Assembly (NCBI GenBank): GCA_963681965.1
Contig: OY820579.1
Location: 800,001 to 864,000 of the forward strand
DNA: 64,000 nucleotides
Direction: 5' to 3'
Source of the DNA: a bacterium
GTDB lineage: Bacteria > Electryoneota > JAOADG01
Shown here: positions 49,554-59,406 of the stretch, piece by piece
Layout of the letters: every line of letters begins with the position of its first letter
Position numbering within the stretch: the stretch's first letter is position 1
Notes under the pieces: model-generated
The model's input: only the letters and a program-made list of their open reading frames with translations
Told to the model about the DNA's origin: nothing
The model's database searches: none
Position numbers and translations under genes: made by a program

Positions 49554-50712
49554 GAAGGTCGTCCTTTTGAAGAATTTGGCGCGCAATGACAAGTCGCTGG
49601 ATTTCGCTGGTGCCTTCGCCAATCTCGGTAATTTTTGCATCGCGCATCATTCGTTCGACACCGTATTCGCGAATATAACCATAGCCGCCGTGAATTTGAA
49701 TGGCATTCATACAAACACGGCTGGAAACTTCACTGGCAAAAAGCTTTGCCATCGAGGAGTACTTCACATAATCGTGATGACCATCTTTCAATTTTGCCGA
49801 ATGGTAGACCAAATGGCGTGCGGCTTCAATTTCGGTTGCCATGTTTGCCAGTTTCATCTGTGTCGCTTGGAAATCGGCAATCGCTTGTCCGAACTGATGA
49901 CGCTCCTTGGCATACTTTACCGTCGCCAAATAGGCGCCTTCGGCTAAACCGAGTGCCATCGCCGCGATTGAAATTCGACCACCATCGAGTACAGTTAAGA
50001 ATTGCTTGAAACCGGCATTTTCCTCGCCGAGTAGATTTTCCAGCGGGATCCGGCAATCGTCGAAATGGAGTGTGGCTGTGTCGCTGCCCCGGCATCCGAG
50101 CTTGTTTTCCTTTTTGCCAATGGAAAAACCGGGTGTACCCTGTTCGATAATAAAGCTGGAAATGCCGCGTGTACCTTTTCCCCGATCGGTAACAGCCGTT
50201 GCGACAAACGTCGAAGCATAATTCGCGTTGGTGATGTAAATCTTCGTACCGTTGATGACCCACTCGTTGCCGTCGCGTACTGCCGTAGTTTGCGTGCCGC
50301 CGGCATCGCTACCGGCACTCGGTTCGGTAAGTCCGAACGAACCTAACGCTTCCCCGCGACACATCGGCGGAAGGTATTTTTGCTTTTGTTCGTCGCTTCC
50401 AAATAAATAGATCGGACCAATTCCCAACGAAGTGTGTGCTGCTAACGTTAATGCGGTGGAACCGCACACTTTGGCAATTTCTTCCACTGCAACAGCGTAA
50501 CCGAGCGCACCGAGACCTGCACCATCGTACTCTTCGGGATAGGGAATACCCATCATTCCCAACTCACCCATCTTCTTCACTTGTTCCAAGGGGAACATCT
50601 GTTTTTCATCGATTTCCTGTGCGATCGGAGCGAGTTCGTTCTTGGCGAAATCGGCGACCATATCGCGAAGCATCACCACTTCTTCGGGTAACATTAGTTC
50701 GACTTGAGACAT
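49546..50712 (-). CDS. Acyl-CoA dehydrogenase (short-chain/butyryl type)
   Basis: GLTEPSAGSD, NGTKIYITN, LDGGRI, RHQFG, QIHGGYGY, GEGTSEIQR. Confidence 0.96.
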   Translation of the reverse strand: MSQVELMLPEEVVMLRDMVADFAKNELAPIAQEIDEKQMFPLEQVKKMGELGMMGIPYPEEYDGAGLGALGYAVAVEEIAKVCGSTALTLAAHTSLGIGPIYLFGSDEQKQKYLPPMCRGEALGSFGLTEPSAGSDAGGTQTTAVRDGNEWVINGTKIYITNANYASTFVATAVTDRGKGTRGISSFIIEQGTPGFSIGKKENKLGCRGSDTATLHFDDCRIPLENLLGEENAGFKQFLTVLDGGRISIAAMALGLAEGAYLATVKYAKERHQFGQAIADFQATQMKLANMATEIEAARHLVYHSAKLKDGHHDYVKYSSMAKLFASEVSSRVCMNAIQIHGGYGYIREYGVERMMRDAKITEIGEGTSEIQRLVIARQILQKDDLLG

Positions 50713-50892
50713 GAAAAGTCCTTTGCTGGGTGAGTAGAATGAAAAATTGCTGTTACAATATGCGTAAATCTTCTACTAAGATCTACGAAAATAATTCCCC
50801 GAATTTCAGGGAGATTACTGATTGGTCGACATTAATTTGTGAAAGAGATAACGTAGTCGTGTCACAACCAACACTGAATGAATTGCTTGTGA

Positions 50893-51552
50893 TTATTCGT
50901 AACGAATTGTAGGCACCGACTCACTCACATCGTATTCCGCATCCGTCATTGCTTGGATCTCTTCGACAGTTGTCCCCTCGGCAATCTCGGCTAACGTCAT
51001 CCTACCCGATTTTCGATCGATCGAAAACACGGCAAACTCGGTAATAATCATATCCACTACGCGAATACCGGTGAGCGGCAATGTACACTGCTTGAGAATC
51101 TTCGGTGACCCTTTGGCAGTATGCTGCATTGCAACGATGACATTTTTCGCGCCTGCCACCAAGTCCATCGCGCCGCCCATCCCTTTCACCATCTTGCCCG
51201 GAATCATCCAATTTGCCAAATCGCCATGTTGCGAAACTTGCATCGCACCCAGAATGGTTAAATCGACATGACCACCGCGAATCATCGCGAAACTGTCGGC
51301 ACTGGAAAAGTAGGATGCTCCCGGAACAGTGGTAATCGTCTGTTTACCGGCATTGATCAGATCGGCGTCGACTTCGTCCAGCGTTGGGAACGGTCCGATT
51401 CCAAGTAAACCGTTTTCCGATTGGAGCATCACCGTAATTTCGGGAGGAAGATGATTGGCAACCAGTGTCGGCATGCCAATACCCAAATTGACGACATACC
51501 CGTCGCGAATTTCCCGGGCGGCTCGCTTCACAATTTTTTCTTCAGCAGTCAC
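50893..51552 (-). CDS. scoB: 3-oxoacid CoA-transferase subunit B
   Basis: [29 protein letters not shown]. Confidence 0.93.
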   Translation of the reverse strand: MTAEEKIVKRAAREIRDGYVVNLGIGMPTLVANHLPPEITVMLQSENGLLGIGPFPTLDEVDADLINAGKQTITTVPGASYFSSADSFAMIRGGHVDLTILGAMQVSQHGDLANWMIPGKMVKGMGGAMDLVAGAKNVIVAMQHTAKGSPKILKQCTLPLTGIRVVDMIITEFAVFSIDRKSGRMTLAEIAEGTTVEEIQAMTDAEYDVSESVPTIRYE

Positions 51553-52271
51553 GATACGCTCCCTTCCCGGATGGTTTTGCGTTCGATGCGTTTCTCGCGT
51601 GGTGCGACAATGATGTAATCGATGTAGATCCCGGGAGTGTGAATCTGATCGGGATCCAAGTCGCCGATTTCCACCAATTCTTCCACTTCCACTACCACGA
51701 TATCGGCGGCGGTTGCCATCATTGGATTGAAATTACGGGCGGTCTTGCGATAGACCAGATTGCCGAAGCGATCTGCCTTTTGAGCCGCGATCAACGCAAT
51801 CCGACCACGCAACCAGCGTTCCATCAAATACTCGCGTGGTTCATTCTGTTGATCGGAAAAAATCTTCGTTTCTTTTCCTTCGGCAATTGGGGTACCGACT
51901 CCAGTAGGAGTATAGAATGCCGGTATGCCGGCGCCACCGGCTCGCAGACGTTCGGAAAATGTCCCTTGGGGAACAAACTCGATTTCCAGTTCGCCATTGA
52001 GATACTGCCGCTCGAAAATTGCATTTTCGCCGACATAAGTCGAAATCATTTTTTTGATTTGTCGGGTTTGGAGCAGTAATCCCAATCCCCAATCGTCGAC
52101 ACCGGCGTTGTTCGATACGCACGTGAGATCTTTCACGCCGCTATCGCGCAAGGCAATTATCAAATTTTCCGGAATACCGCATAACCCAAATCCTCCCAGC
52201 AAGATCGTGTCGCCATCTTGGGGGGAGATGCGCTGAATTGCATCCGTCGCACTACCGAGAACTTTGTTCAT
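51549..52271 (-). CDS. scoA: 3-oxoacid CoA-transferase subunit A
   Basis: [38 protein letters not shown]. Confidence 0.93.
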   Translation of the reverse strand: MNKVLGSATDAIQRISPQDGDTILLGGFGLCGIPENLIIALRDSGVKDLTCVSNNAGVDDWGLGLLLQTRQIKKMISTYVGENAIFERQYLNGELEIEFVPQGTFSERLRAGGAGIPAFYTPTGVGTPIAEGKETKIFSDQQNEPREYLMERWLRGRIALIAAQKADRFGNLVYRKTARNFNPMMATAADIVVVEVEELVEIGDLDPDQIHTPGIYIDYIIVAPREKRIERKTIREGSVS

Positions 52272-52435
52272 AGATCTACTCGTAATATTGCAAGTTCATG
52301 ACGCGATCGTGCACCGTTGCAGGATCGAATGGTTAACCAAGTCAGATCGAAGTCAGTTGATTTATTCAACGACTTTGAGATTTATGTAACAATCTTGAGA
52401 TAGATGGTCTGGTGTTGTTGGATTGATGAGGACGA

Positions 52436-53095
52436 TTAAAATAACCCGAGCTGGGGGTTGGCTCGAGTCTCCTCGATATACGGTACGATACAATCCGGCT
52501 CGTCGTGAGTAGTGCTATTCACTTTTGGCGAGACGCGGTACGCTTTTAAGTTAGTTTTAGGGATTGCTCGTAAGAAAAGTTCCGGTGCCGACCACCACAA
52601 TTCCATGGCATTCAATGGAACGAATACCGGCATGCGGTCGTGAAGCGATGCCACCGGTGGTTCGGCGACAGTAGTAAGGATCGTAAAATAACGACCCTGT
52701 TCGCCCTGCCAATAGATGCCCGCCATGAACATCAGTGAGCGGTCTGCCGCATAAAACCAATGCGGTAATCGTGCTGCGCGCTCGCCTTCCCATTCGAAAA
52801 AGCCATCTGCCGGAATTAGACAACGGTTTTTGCCGAGTTGGCGTTGATAGTGTTCGCGATCGAAAATTGTTTCGGTACGGAGATTGATTAACAACCCGGT
52901 TCGGAGGGTCCACCCCCAGGTAGCGGTGACCAAAGATCGGCGCTCGCGCTGTTCGGTTACAAGATAGTGAGATTGGGTCGGTGCAATGTTGAATCGGGGT
53001 CGATATTTGATAGCAAGGTTGGGATCGTACGACGCTTGCGCCGTTTCGGCGACGAAATGAATCTCGGGGATCGATAAAGTAAAGCGACCGCACAT
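52436..53095 (-). CDS. SOS response-associated peptidase (SRAP/YedK/HMCES abasic-site protein)
   Basis: MCGRF N-terminal Cys, RFNIAPTQ, RCLIPADGFFEW, TILT, HDRMP. Confidence 0.93.
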   Translation of the reverse strand: MCGRFTLSIPEIHFVAETAQASYDPNLAIKYRPRFNIAPTQSHYLVTEQRERRSLVTATWGWTLRTGLLINLRTETIFDREHYQRQLGKNRCLIPADGFFEWEGERAARLPHWFYAADRSLMFMAGIYWQGEQGRYFTILTTVAEPPVASLHDRMPVFVPLNAMELWWSAPELFLRAIPKTNLKAYRVSPKVNSTTHDEPDCIVPYIEETRANPQLGLF

Positions 53096-53156
53096 GGATT
53101 ACCTCCTCTACCGGAACCGAATGTCATTCCCTCTAGATGTGACGAGTAAATAAAAT

Positions 53157-54887
53157 CTATTGTTTGTTCAATCGGAAATCGAGGATCCGAAGCTGAATCG
53201 GATTGTCCCAGTTATTCAGCGAGTGATCGACACCGAAGCAGACATCAAGCACGGCGCGGTTACCGTTCAAATCGTGATACCGATCCGCCATTCCCAATGC
53301 AATAGCACTGAACACTTTATTGCGTTGCCGGATCTTGAAGCGAAGATGTTTTTGACCAACCACTTTGGTGGTTCCGAGTACTTCCACGCGCTTGGCAAGA
53401 AACGATGGTTTCGGATTGCCGGGTCCGAACGGTGCTAAAAGTTGGATCTCGCGATACAATGAATAATCGATTTGGTCGAGCGGTAATTCGGAATCAATTT
53501 TTAACGAGGGAAGTAACTCTTCCGGCGTCGCATTCGCATTCACATAGTTTTTGAATAATTCGGTGAACCGCGGAATATCGCTTTCGTTCAAGGTAAGTCC
53601 TGCTGCACAGCGATGTCCGCCATATTGCAACAGTACTTCTTGACAAGCACTCAGCGCGGCATGAATATCGATTCCATTCACTGTTCGTGCCGACCCGCGA
53701 CCGATGCCGTTTTCGATTGCCAGTACGACTGTCGGGCGGTGATACATTTCTGCTATGCGTGATGCCAGTATCCCAATGATGCCAAGATGCCAACCACTTT
53801 TAGCCAACACAATTGCCGAGTCGATTGTGGGATCGCATGTCGACTGTAGCGTATCGATCGCATCGCGCATCATCGTATCGTCGACCAGACGACGTCGGAA
53901 ATTGTCTTGTTCGATTGCTACCGCCAATTGACCCGCTTCATGTGTGTTATCGCAGAGCAAAAGTTGCAAGGCTCGATACGGATTTCCCATCCGGGCGGCG
54001 GCATTGATTCGTGGTGAAAGGGTCATCAGCAAATCATCGACGGTGACGGTCGAGATGTCGACACCGGCGACTTCGCACAGCGCAGTAAGTCCCGGTAATG
54101 AAGATTCTTTGATGGCGGCAAGACCGAGTGAAAGTAAAGTACGGTTTTCACCGATCAGGGGGACGATATCGGCCACGGTTCCCAATGCCACGAATTCCAA
54201 TAGCGGAAGCGTGGATTCAACTGAACCGGTTAATGATAAATCGAGTGCCTGAGCTAACTTGAACGCTACCGCGCAACCGGATAATTCCCGGAATGGATAA
54301 GTCGAGTTCGGTAATTTTGGATTGATTACGGCGATCGCGAATGGGAGTTCCGGAGTCGGTTCGTGATGATCGGTAATGATTAAATCGACACCCTGATCTT
54401 TGGCATAACCCGCTGCCTGAACTGCCGTTGTGCCAACATCCACAGTGATAATCAGCGAAACACCTTGTTCCTTCAGTTCGGCAATTCCATCTTCATGCAA
54501 TCCATAGGATGTGTCGGAGCGTTGTGGAATGTAACTGATTATTTCTAGACCAATTCGAGTTAGATAGCGTGTTAACAATGTGATGGCAGTCAGACCATCG
54601 ACATCGTTGTCGCCATAAATCGCGATTTTCTCGTTGCGATCTCGAGCGAGTAAAATTCGTTCTACAGCACGATCCATCCCGTCAAAGAGGTAAGGATCAT
54701 TGATCGAAGAAGAGTTCGGGGCAAAAAAGAGATTGGCGGATTCGGGAGTGCTAATGTCGCGATGCAACAATAAGCGCGCGACAATCGGCGTTAAATGCAG
54801 ACTTTCAGCCAGAGCCACGACCGTTTGGTCGTCCACTCGTTCTGAAATTTCCCATCTTCGCCGAGTCATGAAACTCCTCTTGACCAT
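53157..54887 (-). CDS. recJ: Single-stranded-DNA-specific exonuclease RecJ
   Basis: GDNDVDG, TVDVG, TDHH, GTVADIVPL..ENR, PRINAAAR, RGSAR, GGHRCAAG, PFGPGNP. Confidence 0.96.
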   Translation of the reverse strand: MVKRSFMTRRRWEISERVDDQTVVALAESLHLTPIVARLLLHRDISTPESANLFFAPNSSSINDPYLFDGMDRAVERILLARDRNEKIAIYGDNDVDGLTAITLLTRYLTRIGLEIISYIPQRSDTSYGLHEDGIAELKEQGVSLIITVDVGTTAVQAAGYAKDQGVDLIITDHHEPTPELPFAIAVINPKLPNSTYPFRELSGCAVAFKLAQALDLSLTGSVESTLPLLEFVALGTVADIVPLIGENRTLLSLGLAAIKESSLPGLTALCEVAGVDISTVTVDDLLMTLSPRINAAARMGNPYRALQLLLCDNTHEAGQLAVAIEQDNFRRRLVDDTMMRDAIDTLQSTCDPTIDSAIVLAKSGWHLGIIGILASRIAEMYHRPTVVLAIENGIGRGSARTVNGIDIHAALSACQEVLLQYGGHRCAAGLTLNESDIPRFTELFKNYVNANATPEELLPSLKIDSELPLDQIDYSLYREIQLLAPFGPGNPKPSFLAKRVEVLGTTKVVGQKHLRFKIRQRNKVFSAIALGMADRYHDLNGNRAVLDVCFGVDHSLNNWDNPIQLRILDFRLNKQ

Positions 54888-54970
54888 TCATTCGCGGTGC
54901 GTGAATTCGCACGTTTGTGTGACGTGATGCAACGTGCGCAAGGTTACTCATCACACGCATGATAAAAAAA

Positions 54971-55333
54971 TCCGGAAAACCGATACGCCGACTTCTGTCT
55001 AGTACAGTCATTCCTCTAGGTTTGCAATTGCTCGCAAACGCCAGCCATCTACCTGAATGCTCGGTAAACCGAAGTGGTGGACACACTCACCTCCGAGAGA
55101 TGGCATTCGACTTGATGTTGCACCGGGCGGGGGTTGCCATGCCTCGAGCCGTTACCGGTCGAGCGGTGGGCTCTTACCCCACCATTTCACCCTTATCAAC
55201 CTTGCGGCTGACGGTATTTTTTCTGTTGCCCTAGCCGTCAGGTTACCCTGCCCCGGAGTTACCGGGCACCCTGTCCACCGGTGGTCGGACGTTCCTCATC
55301 TGCTTGCGCAAATGCGACTGTATGGTTTTCCGA
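54971..55333 (-). ncRNA. rnpB: RNase P RNA (type A)
   Basis: P1 CGGAAAACC/GGUUUUCCG; GAGGAACGUCCGAC...ACAGAAGUCGGCGUAU (P4); AGGGCAACAGAAA; GGGUGAAAUGGUGGGGUAAGAGCCCACCG; U-tract after the 3' end. Confidence 0.95.
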
Positions 55334-55485
55334 ATGATTGAACGGGAATACCCGTTTTAACAAAAAACCTAAATTTACTCTAACTCAACAATATCAGTAG
55401 ACTTTGTCGCAACTACAACATATAATCGACAATTCCAAACAGGCTTTGATCGCAAAATCGTCAAATCGAAATGTCAATTTGATAA

Positions 55486-55953
55486 CTATTTAAAATTCAA
55501 TAAAATAAGAGCTTGATCTATGATGGGATGAAATTCTGCCGGTGCGATCGTTTCATTTCGGTCAAGTGCCTGGTTTGCCAAAGCATCCGCAACTCGGTTT
55601 TGAGTCCGCGGAATGGCTTGAAATTGCACCGGAGGTAGTTCACGGAAAAGTGCTTTTGCGCGAAAATACAGTGGTTTGAGATTGTCGGCTTTCACTTTCC
55701 ACCGACCGGCAATCTGCTCGACCATAAGCTGGCTATCGGAAAAGATTGTAGCCGGATACGGGTTGTGATGCAACCACTCCAGCGCTAAAATCAGACCCAA
55801 ATATTCCGCTTCATTGTTCGTACAGACGCCTAATGGCACGCCCCATTCCCCGAGCAGTTCACCATCGTTTTTCACGCACCCGGCAGCAGATGCCGGACCG
55901 GGATTTCCCCGAGCAGCGCCATCGATCCAAATACAAACTGACGATTGGGTCAC
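55486..55953 (-). CDS. rnhA: Ribonuclease HI family protein
   Basis: DGAARGNPG, TNNEAEY, SDSQL, NRVADALAN. GTG 55953 overlaps the upstream stop. Confidence 0.88.
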   Translation of the reverse strand: MTQSSVCIWIDGAARGNPGPASAAGCVKNDGELLGEWGVPLGVCTNNEAEYLGLILALEWLHHNPYPATIFSDSQLMVEQIAGRWKVKADNLKPLYFRAKALFRELPPVQFQAIPRTQNRVADALANQALDRNETIAPAEFHPIIDQALILLNFK

Positions 55954-56684
55954 GGCTTCAATTCGTCGGAAACCAGCACGCGACCGCATGCCTCGCACAG
56001 GATAAAGTCTTTGAATGTTCTCACTTCAACTTGTTTTTGCGGTGGAACGGAATTGAAGCAACCGCCGCAGGAGCCATTCAGGAGCCGGGCGATACCGCGA
56101 CCATCGCGTGCCAACCGAATTCGCTGATAATGGTTGTAGATCGGTTTCATCAAAAGCGCTTCTAGAGCGGTGCGATGTTCGATGAGTTCGTTTTCTCGTT
56201 CGGAGGAATCTTCTACGATCTCTTTGAGTTCGTTTTGTAATTCTTCGAATTCCGCCTTCATTTTGTTGAGAACCGCTTCGATCCGTGCGTGTTCGGTTTC
56301 GGCTTTTTGAATATCGCCGAGCAGTGATTGCTGCTCTTCCGCGCGCTTACCAAGTAGCTTTTGAACTTCTTCGAGTTCTTTCGTTAACGCATCGTATTCG
56401 CGATTGGATGTAACACTGTATAACGAATCTTCGAATTTACGTTTTCGATTGCGTGCTTCTTCGATTTCGCGCGTCAAATCGAGTTTGCGTTGCGACATTT
56501 TATCGACTGCTTGGTGAGTTGCCCATAACTGTGCAGCGGTTTTATCCAAATCTTTTTGCAACCGCGCGATTTGTTCCGGCAATTCACCCCGATCTTCCTC
56601 CAAGTCGCGGAGTTCGCTATCGATTTCCTGCATCTTGACCAGATTATGAAGTTGCTCTTTTAAATCCGGGGAATCATTCACCAT
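55950..56684 (-). CDS. Coiled-coil C4-type zinc-ribbon protein (DUF164/CT398-like)
   Basis: MQEIDSE, coiled coil, YQRIR, CGGC...CEACGRVL; upstream of rnhA and rnpB. Confidence 0.9.
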   Translation of the reverse strand: MVNDSPDLKEQLHNLVKMQEIDSELRDLEEDRGELPEQIARLQKDLDKTAAQLWATHQAVDKMSQRKLDLTREIEEARNRKRKFEDSLYSVTSNREYDALTKELEEVQKLLGKRAEEQQSLLGDIQKAETEHARIEAVLNKMKAEFEELQNELKEIVEDSSERENELIEHRTALEALLMKPIYNHYQRIRLARDGRGIARLLNGSCGGCFNSVPPQKQVEVRTFKDFILCEACGRVLVSDELKP

Positions 56685-56696
56685 TCACCTCAATAC

Positions 56697-56728
56697 AAAA
56701 AAAACGGGAATGGATAAATTCCATTCCC
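56697..56728 (-). terminator. Intrinsic terminator downstream of tRNA, immediately before the DUF164 RBS
   Basis: GGGAATGGA-ATTTA-TCCATTCCC followed by G and a T8 tract on the minus strand. Confidence 0.65.
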
Positions 56729-56828
56729 TTGTGTGTACCCGTGCAATCAACTACCGGAGATGTATATCCCCGTTGCGTATGAAAAATAAGATTAAAAATC
56801 GGTTTTGTTCGCATTGTTTCGAGTTCCG

Positions 56829-56902
<74 letters not shown>

Positions 56903-57142
56903 TTCTGTATAATTAAGTTAATATAAATGCTTCTGAGAGTGTGTGCAAGCTTGAATAATGACTGGATTCGGTAAAAAATCTCAAGCTCCGATGTAAATAA
57001 TACGAGCTATCGGAGTAATTCGCAGAATATTCACAACGATGGTCAAACGATAAGAAGTTTTTGGTAAAAAAGAGTAAAAAGATCGGAATTACCGATTCTT
57101 CTAAATCAATTCGAAGTTGATTTCCCGACACGCCGATTGGGT

Positions 57143-57550
57143 CTATTTTTCCGTTTTTGTACTATCTTCGCCGATTCCGGTACCCCAACCCCAAATCTTT
57201 CCCGAAGCGATATCGCATTTCGCAACGCGATCGCGTCCACCGGGCATCGAAGGGTTGCTGGTGGCGATGATCAGCGTCGGAGGATCGCCGACCAATTCGA
57301 AGTACCAATGATCTTTGGTCTCTTTATCGAGGATTACCCATTCTTTTCCAGTAAGCAAATCCATCGTGACGGTTTGGTCGGCGCTGGTTCCGAAGCGCTT
57401 GTAGGCATTCGCGATATCTTTTAAAGCGTTAACCACCTCTTTTTTGGCGGCGTAAACGGGGTACTTATCGGAGATAAACCAAAATGCTGCTCCGATGACC
57501 GCAACCACAATAACGATCAGGAGAATAGTTTTCAAAAAGTCGTTGGTCAC
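57143..57550 (-). CDS. Pilin-like membrane-anchored protein, paralog 2
   Basis: N-terminal hydrophobic helix, AKKEV..LKDIA..Y, LDKETKDHW.F..GDP..SMPGG..GKIWGWG. Confidence 0.7.
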   Translation of the reverse strand: MTNDFLKTILLIVIVVAVIGAAFWFISDKYPVYAAKKEVVNALKDIANAYKRFGTSADQTVTMDLLTGKEWVILDKETKDHWYFELVGDPPTLIIATSNPSMPGGRDRVAKCDIASGKIWGWGTGIGEDSTKTEK

Positions 57551-57563
57551 AGACGCCTCGGGA

Positions 57564-58025
57564 TTAGTGTAAGACTTGCTTTGAGAAAGATTCTTCTTTG
57601 ATTAACCCAGCCTTGAGGCTGTCTTCGGTCTCGGGTACGCCCCAACCCCAGATCTTTCCGGTTTGAATGTCACACCAGACAAATTTATCTCGACCACCGG
57701 GCATCGCGGGTAGACTCTGAGCCACGACGTGGTGGGCTGGATCGCCAATGAGATCGAACGTCCAATGATCTTTTGTCTCTTTATCGAGAATAACCCATTG
57801 CTTATTATAGATATAATCGATTGTGACCGGGTCATCGGCGAGTTTGGACCATTTCGCATAGCTGTTCGCTAACTCACGAATCGAGGTAGTAACCTCTTTT
57901 TTGGCTTGATAGAGTGGAAATTTCTCGGAAATCACCCAAATCCCCGCTCCTACTAAGCATAGCAGAATCACGCCCAACAAGATAATTTTCAAGACTTCGC
58001 TGATGCCGTCGGAATGTAGTGACAC
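57564..58025 (-). CDS. Pilin-like membrane-anchored protein, paralog 1
   Basis: GAGGAGG RBS before GTG 58025; shares WVILDKETKDHW and MPGGRD..CDI..GKIWGWG with its neighbour. Confidence 0.7.
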   Translation of the reverse strand: MSLHSDGISEVLKIILLGVILLCLVGAGIWVISEKFPLYQAKKEVTTSIRELANSYAKWSKLADDPVTIDYIYNKQWVILDKETKDHWTFDLIGDPAHHVVAQSLPAMPGGRDKFVWCDIQTGKIWGWGVPETEDSLKAGLIKEESFSKQVLH

Positions 58026-58212
58026 TGCTGCCTCCTCTTTGAATCGCACTAATGTACAACGGACGAGCCGCAAACGAAACCCCCGGTATCACTTTGTAAC
58101 GATCTTGCATTGGAGTAATTGTCGCGGTTATACTACTGAAGAATTATTCAGTAATCGAAAGAAACTCTGATTTAGTGATATTGACACCCGTTCATACCCT
58201 ATTGGAGACGAA

Positions 58213-59391
58213 ATGCCGAATTTGGCACACCGCATGAATCGACTTCCACCCTATCTGTTTGCTGCCTTGGAAGCAAAAGCCGACGAGATGCGTCAACGCG
58301 GAGTTGACCTGATCGATTTGGGTATCGGTGATCCGGATTTACCTTCCCCCGCATATTTTGAAGATGCCGTTCGGAGACATTTATCCGATCCGGATGCCCA
58401 TCTCTACCCCTCCTCGGTTGGGGATCTGGAAGTTCGAAAGAGTATCGCGAAATGGGCAAAGATTCGCTTTGGCGTTGACGTCGACCCGACTATCGAAGTT
58501 TGTCTGCTATTGGGAGCAAAGGAAGGTATTGCCAATATCGCACGCGCCTTCGTGAACCCCGGCGATGTTGTCGCAGTACCAGACCCAGCCTATCCGGTCT
58601 ATGCCAACGGCGCGACCATTCTGAATGATGGTATCTCCTATCCGATACCGTTACTCGAACAGCGAGGAATGTTGCCCGATCTGGAAGCGATTCCGGATGA
58701 AGTGAGTATGCTCTATTTGAATTATCCGAATAATCCGACGGGAGCGATCGCGACTCCGGAATTCTTCAGTGAAGTTGCCCAGTGGGGTGCGGCTCATCCC
58801 GATTGCGTGGTCGTTCAGGATAATGCTTACAGTGAATTGGCGTTCGGTGGCTATCATGCACCGGCACTGTTGTCGCAATGGCAGGGCGGTGTCGAGTTTT
58901 TCTCGCTTTCGAAAGTGGTGAATGCCACTGGATACCGGATCGGATGGGCAATCGGACACCCCGATATTATTCGAGCGTTGGTTAAAGTAAAAACCCAACT
59001 CGACAGTGGTGCGCCAGTTTTCATTCAACGCGCCCTCGCCGAAGTACTCGATCTCTATACAACTCCGGGAGAAACTCCCACACTGATCCGAGAGAACTTA
59101 TCGGTTTACGGCGAACGACGACAAGCAATGGAGGCAGGACTTACTCGGTTGGATATTACATTTGTGAACAGTCCCGCCACATTCTATGTCTGGGCGAAAG
59201 TGCCACGCGGGTGGGATGATCTGAAATTTGTCGATGCACTGATCGAGCGCGGAGTGATTGTAACACCCGGGCGTGGGTTCGGTCGTCAGGGCGAAGGCAG
59301 AATTCGCTTTGCTTTAACGCAACCGAAAGCGCGAATCGAAGAAGCAATCGAACGCATGGAACAACTCGTGAGCGAAACGGCTAACCTGTAA
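58213..59391 (+). CDS. Class I/II PLP aminotransferase, LL-diaminopimelate aminotransferase-like
   Basis: LPPYLF, DLGIGDPD, GAKEG, PDPAYPVY, NYPNNPTG, DNAYSE, SLSK..GYRIG. Confidence 0.85.
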   Translation: MPNLAHRMNRLPPYLFAALEAKADEMRQRGVDLIDLGIGDPDLPSPAYFEDAVRRHLSDPDAHLYPSSVGDLEVRKSIAKWAKIRFGVDVDPTIEVCLLLGAKEGIANIARAFVNPGDVVAVPDPAYPVYANGATILNDGISYPIPLLEQRGMLPDLEAIPDEVSMLYLNYPNNPTGAIATPEFFSEVAQWGAAHPDCVVVQDNAYSELAFGGYHAPALLSQWQGGVEFFSLSKVVNATGYRIGWAIGHPDIIRALVKVKTQLDSGAPVFIQRALAEVLDLYTTPGETPTLIRENLSVYGERRQAMEAGLTRLDITFVNSPATFYVWAKVPRGWDDLKFVDALIERGVIVTPGRGFGRQGEGRIRFALTQPKARIEEAIERMEQLVSETANL

Positions 59392-59406
59392 TTAACAGGA
59401 GGACTT

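Noticed and set aside
54959-55341. Short ORFs over rnpB
   Set aside because: The region is fully explained by the RNase P RNA.
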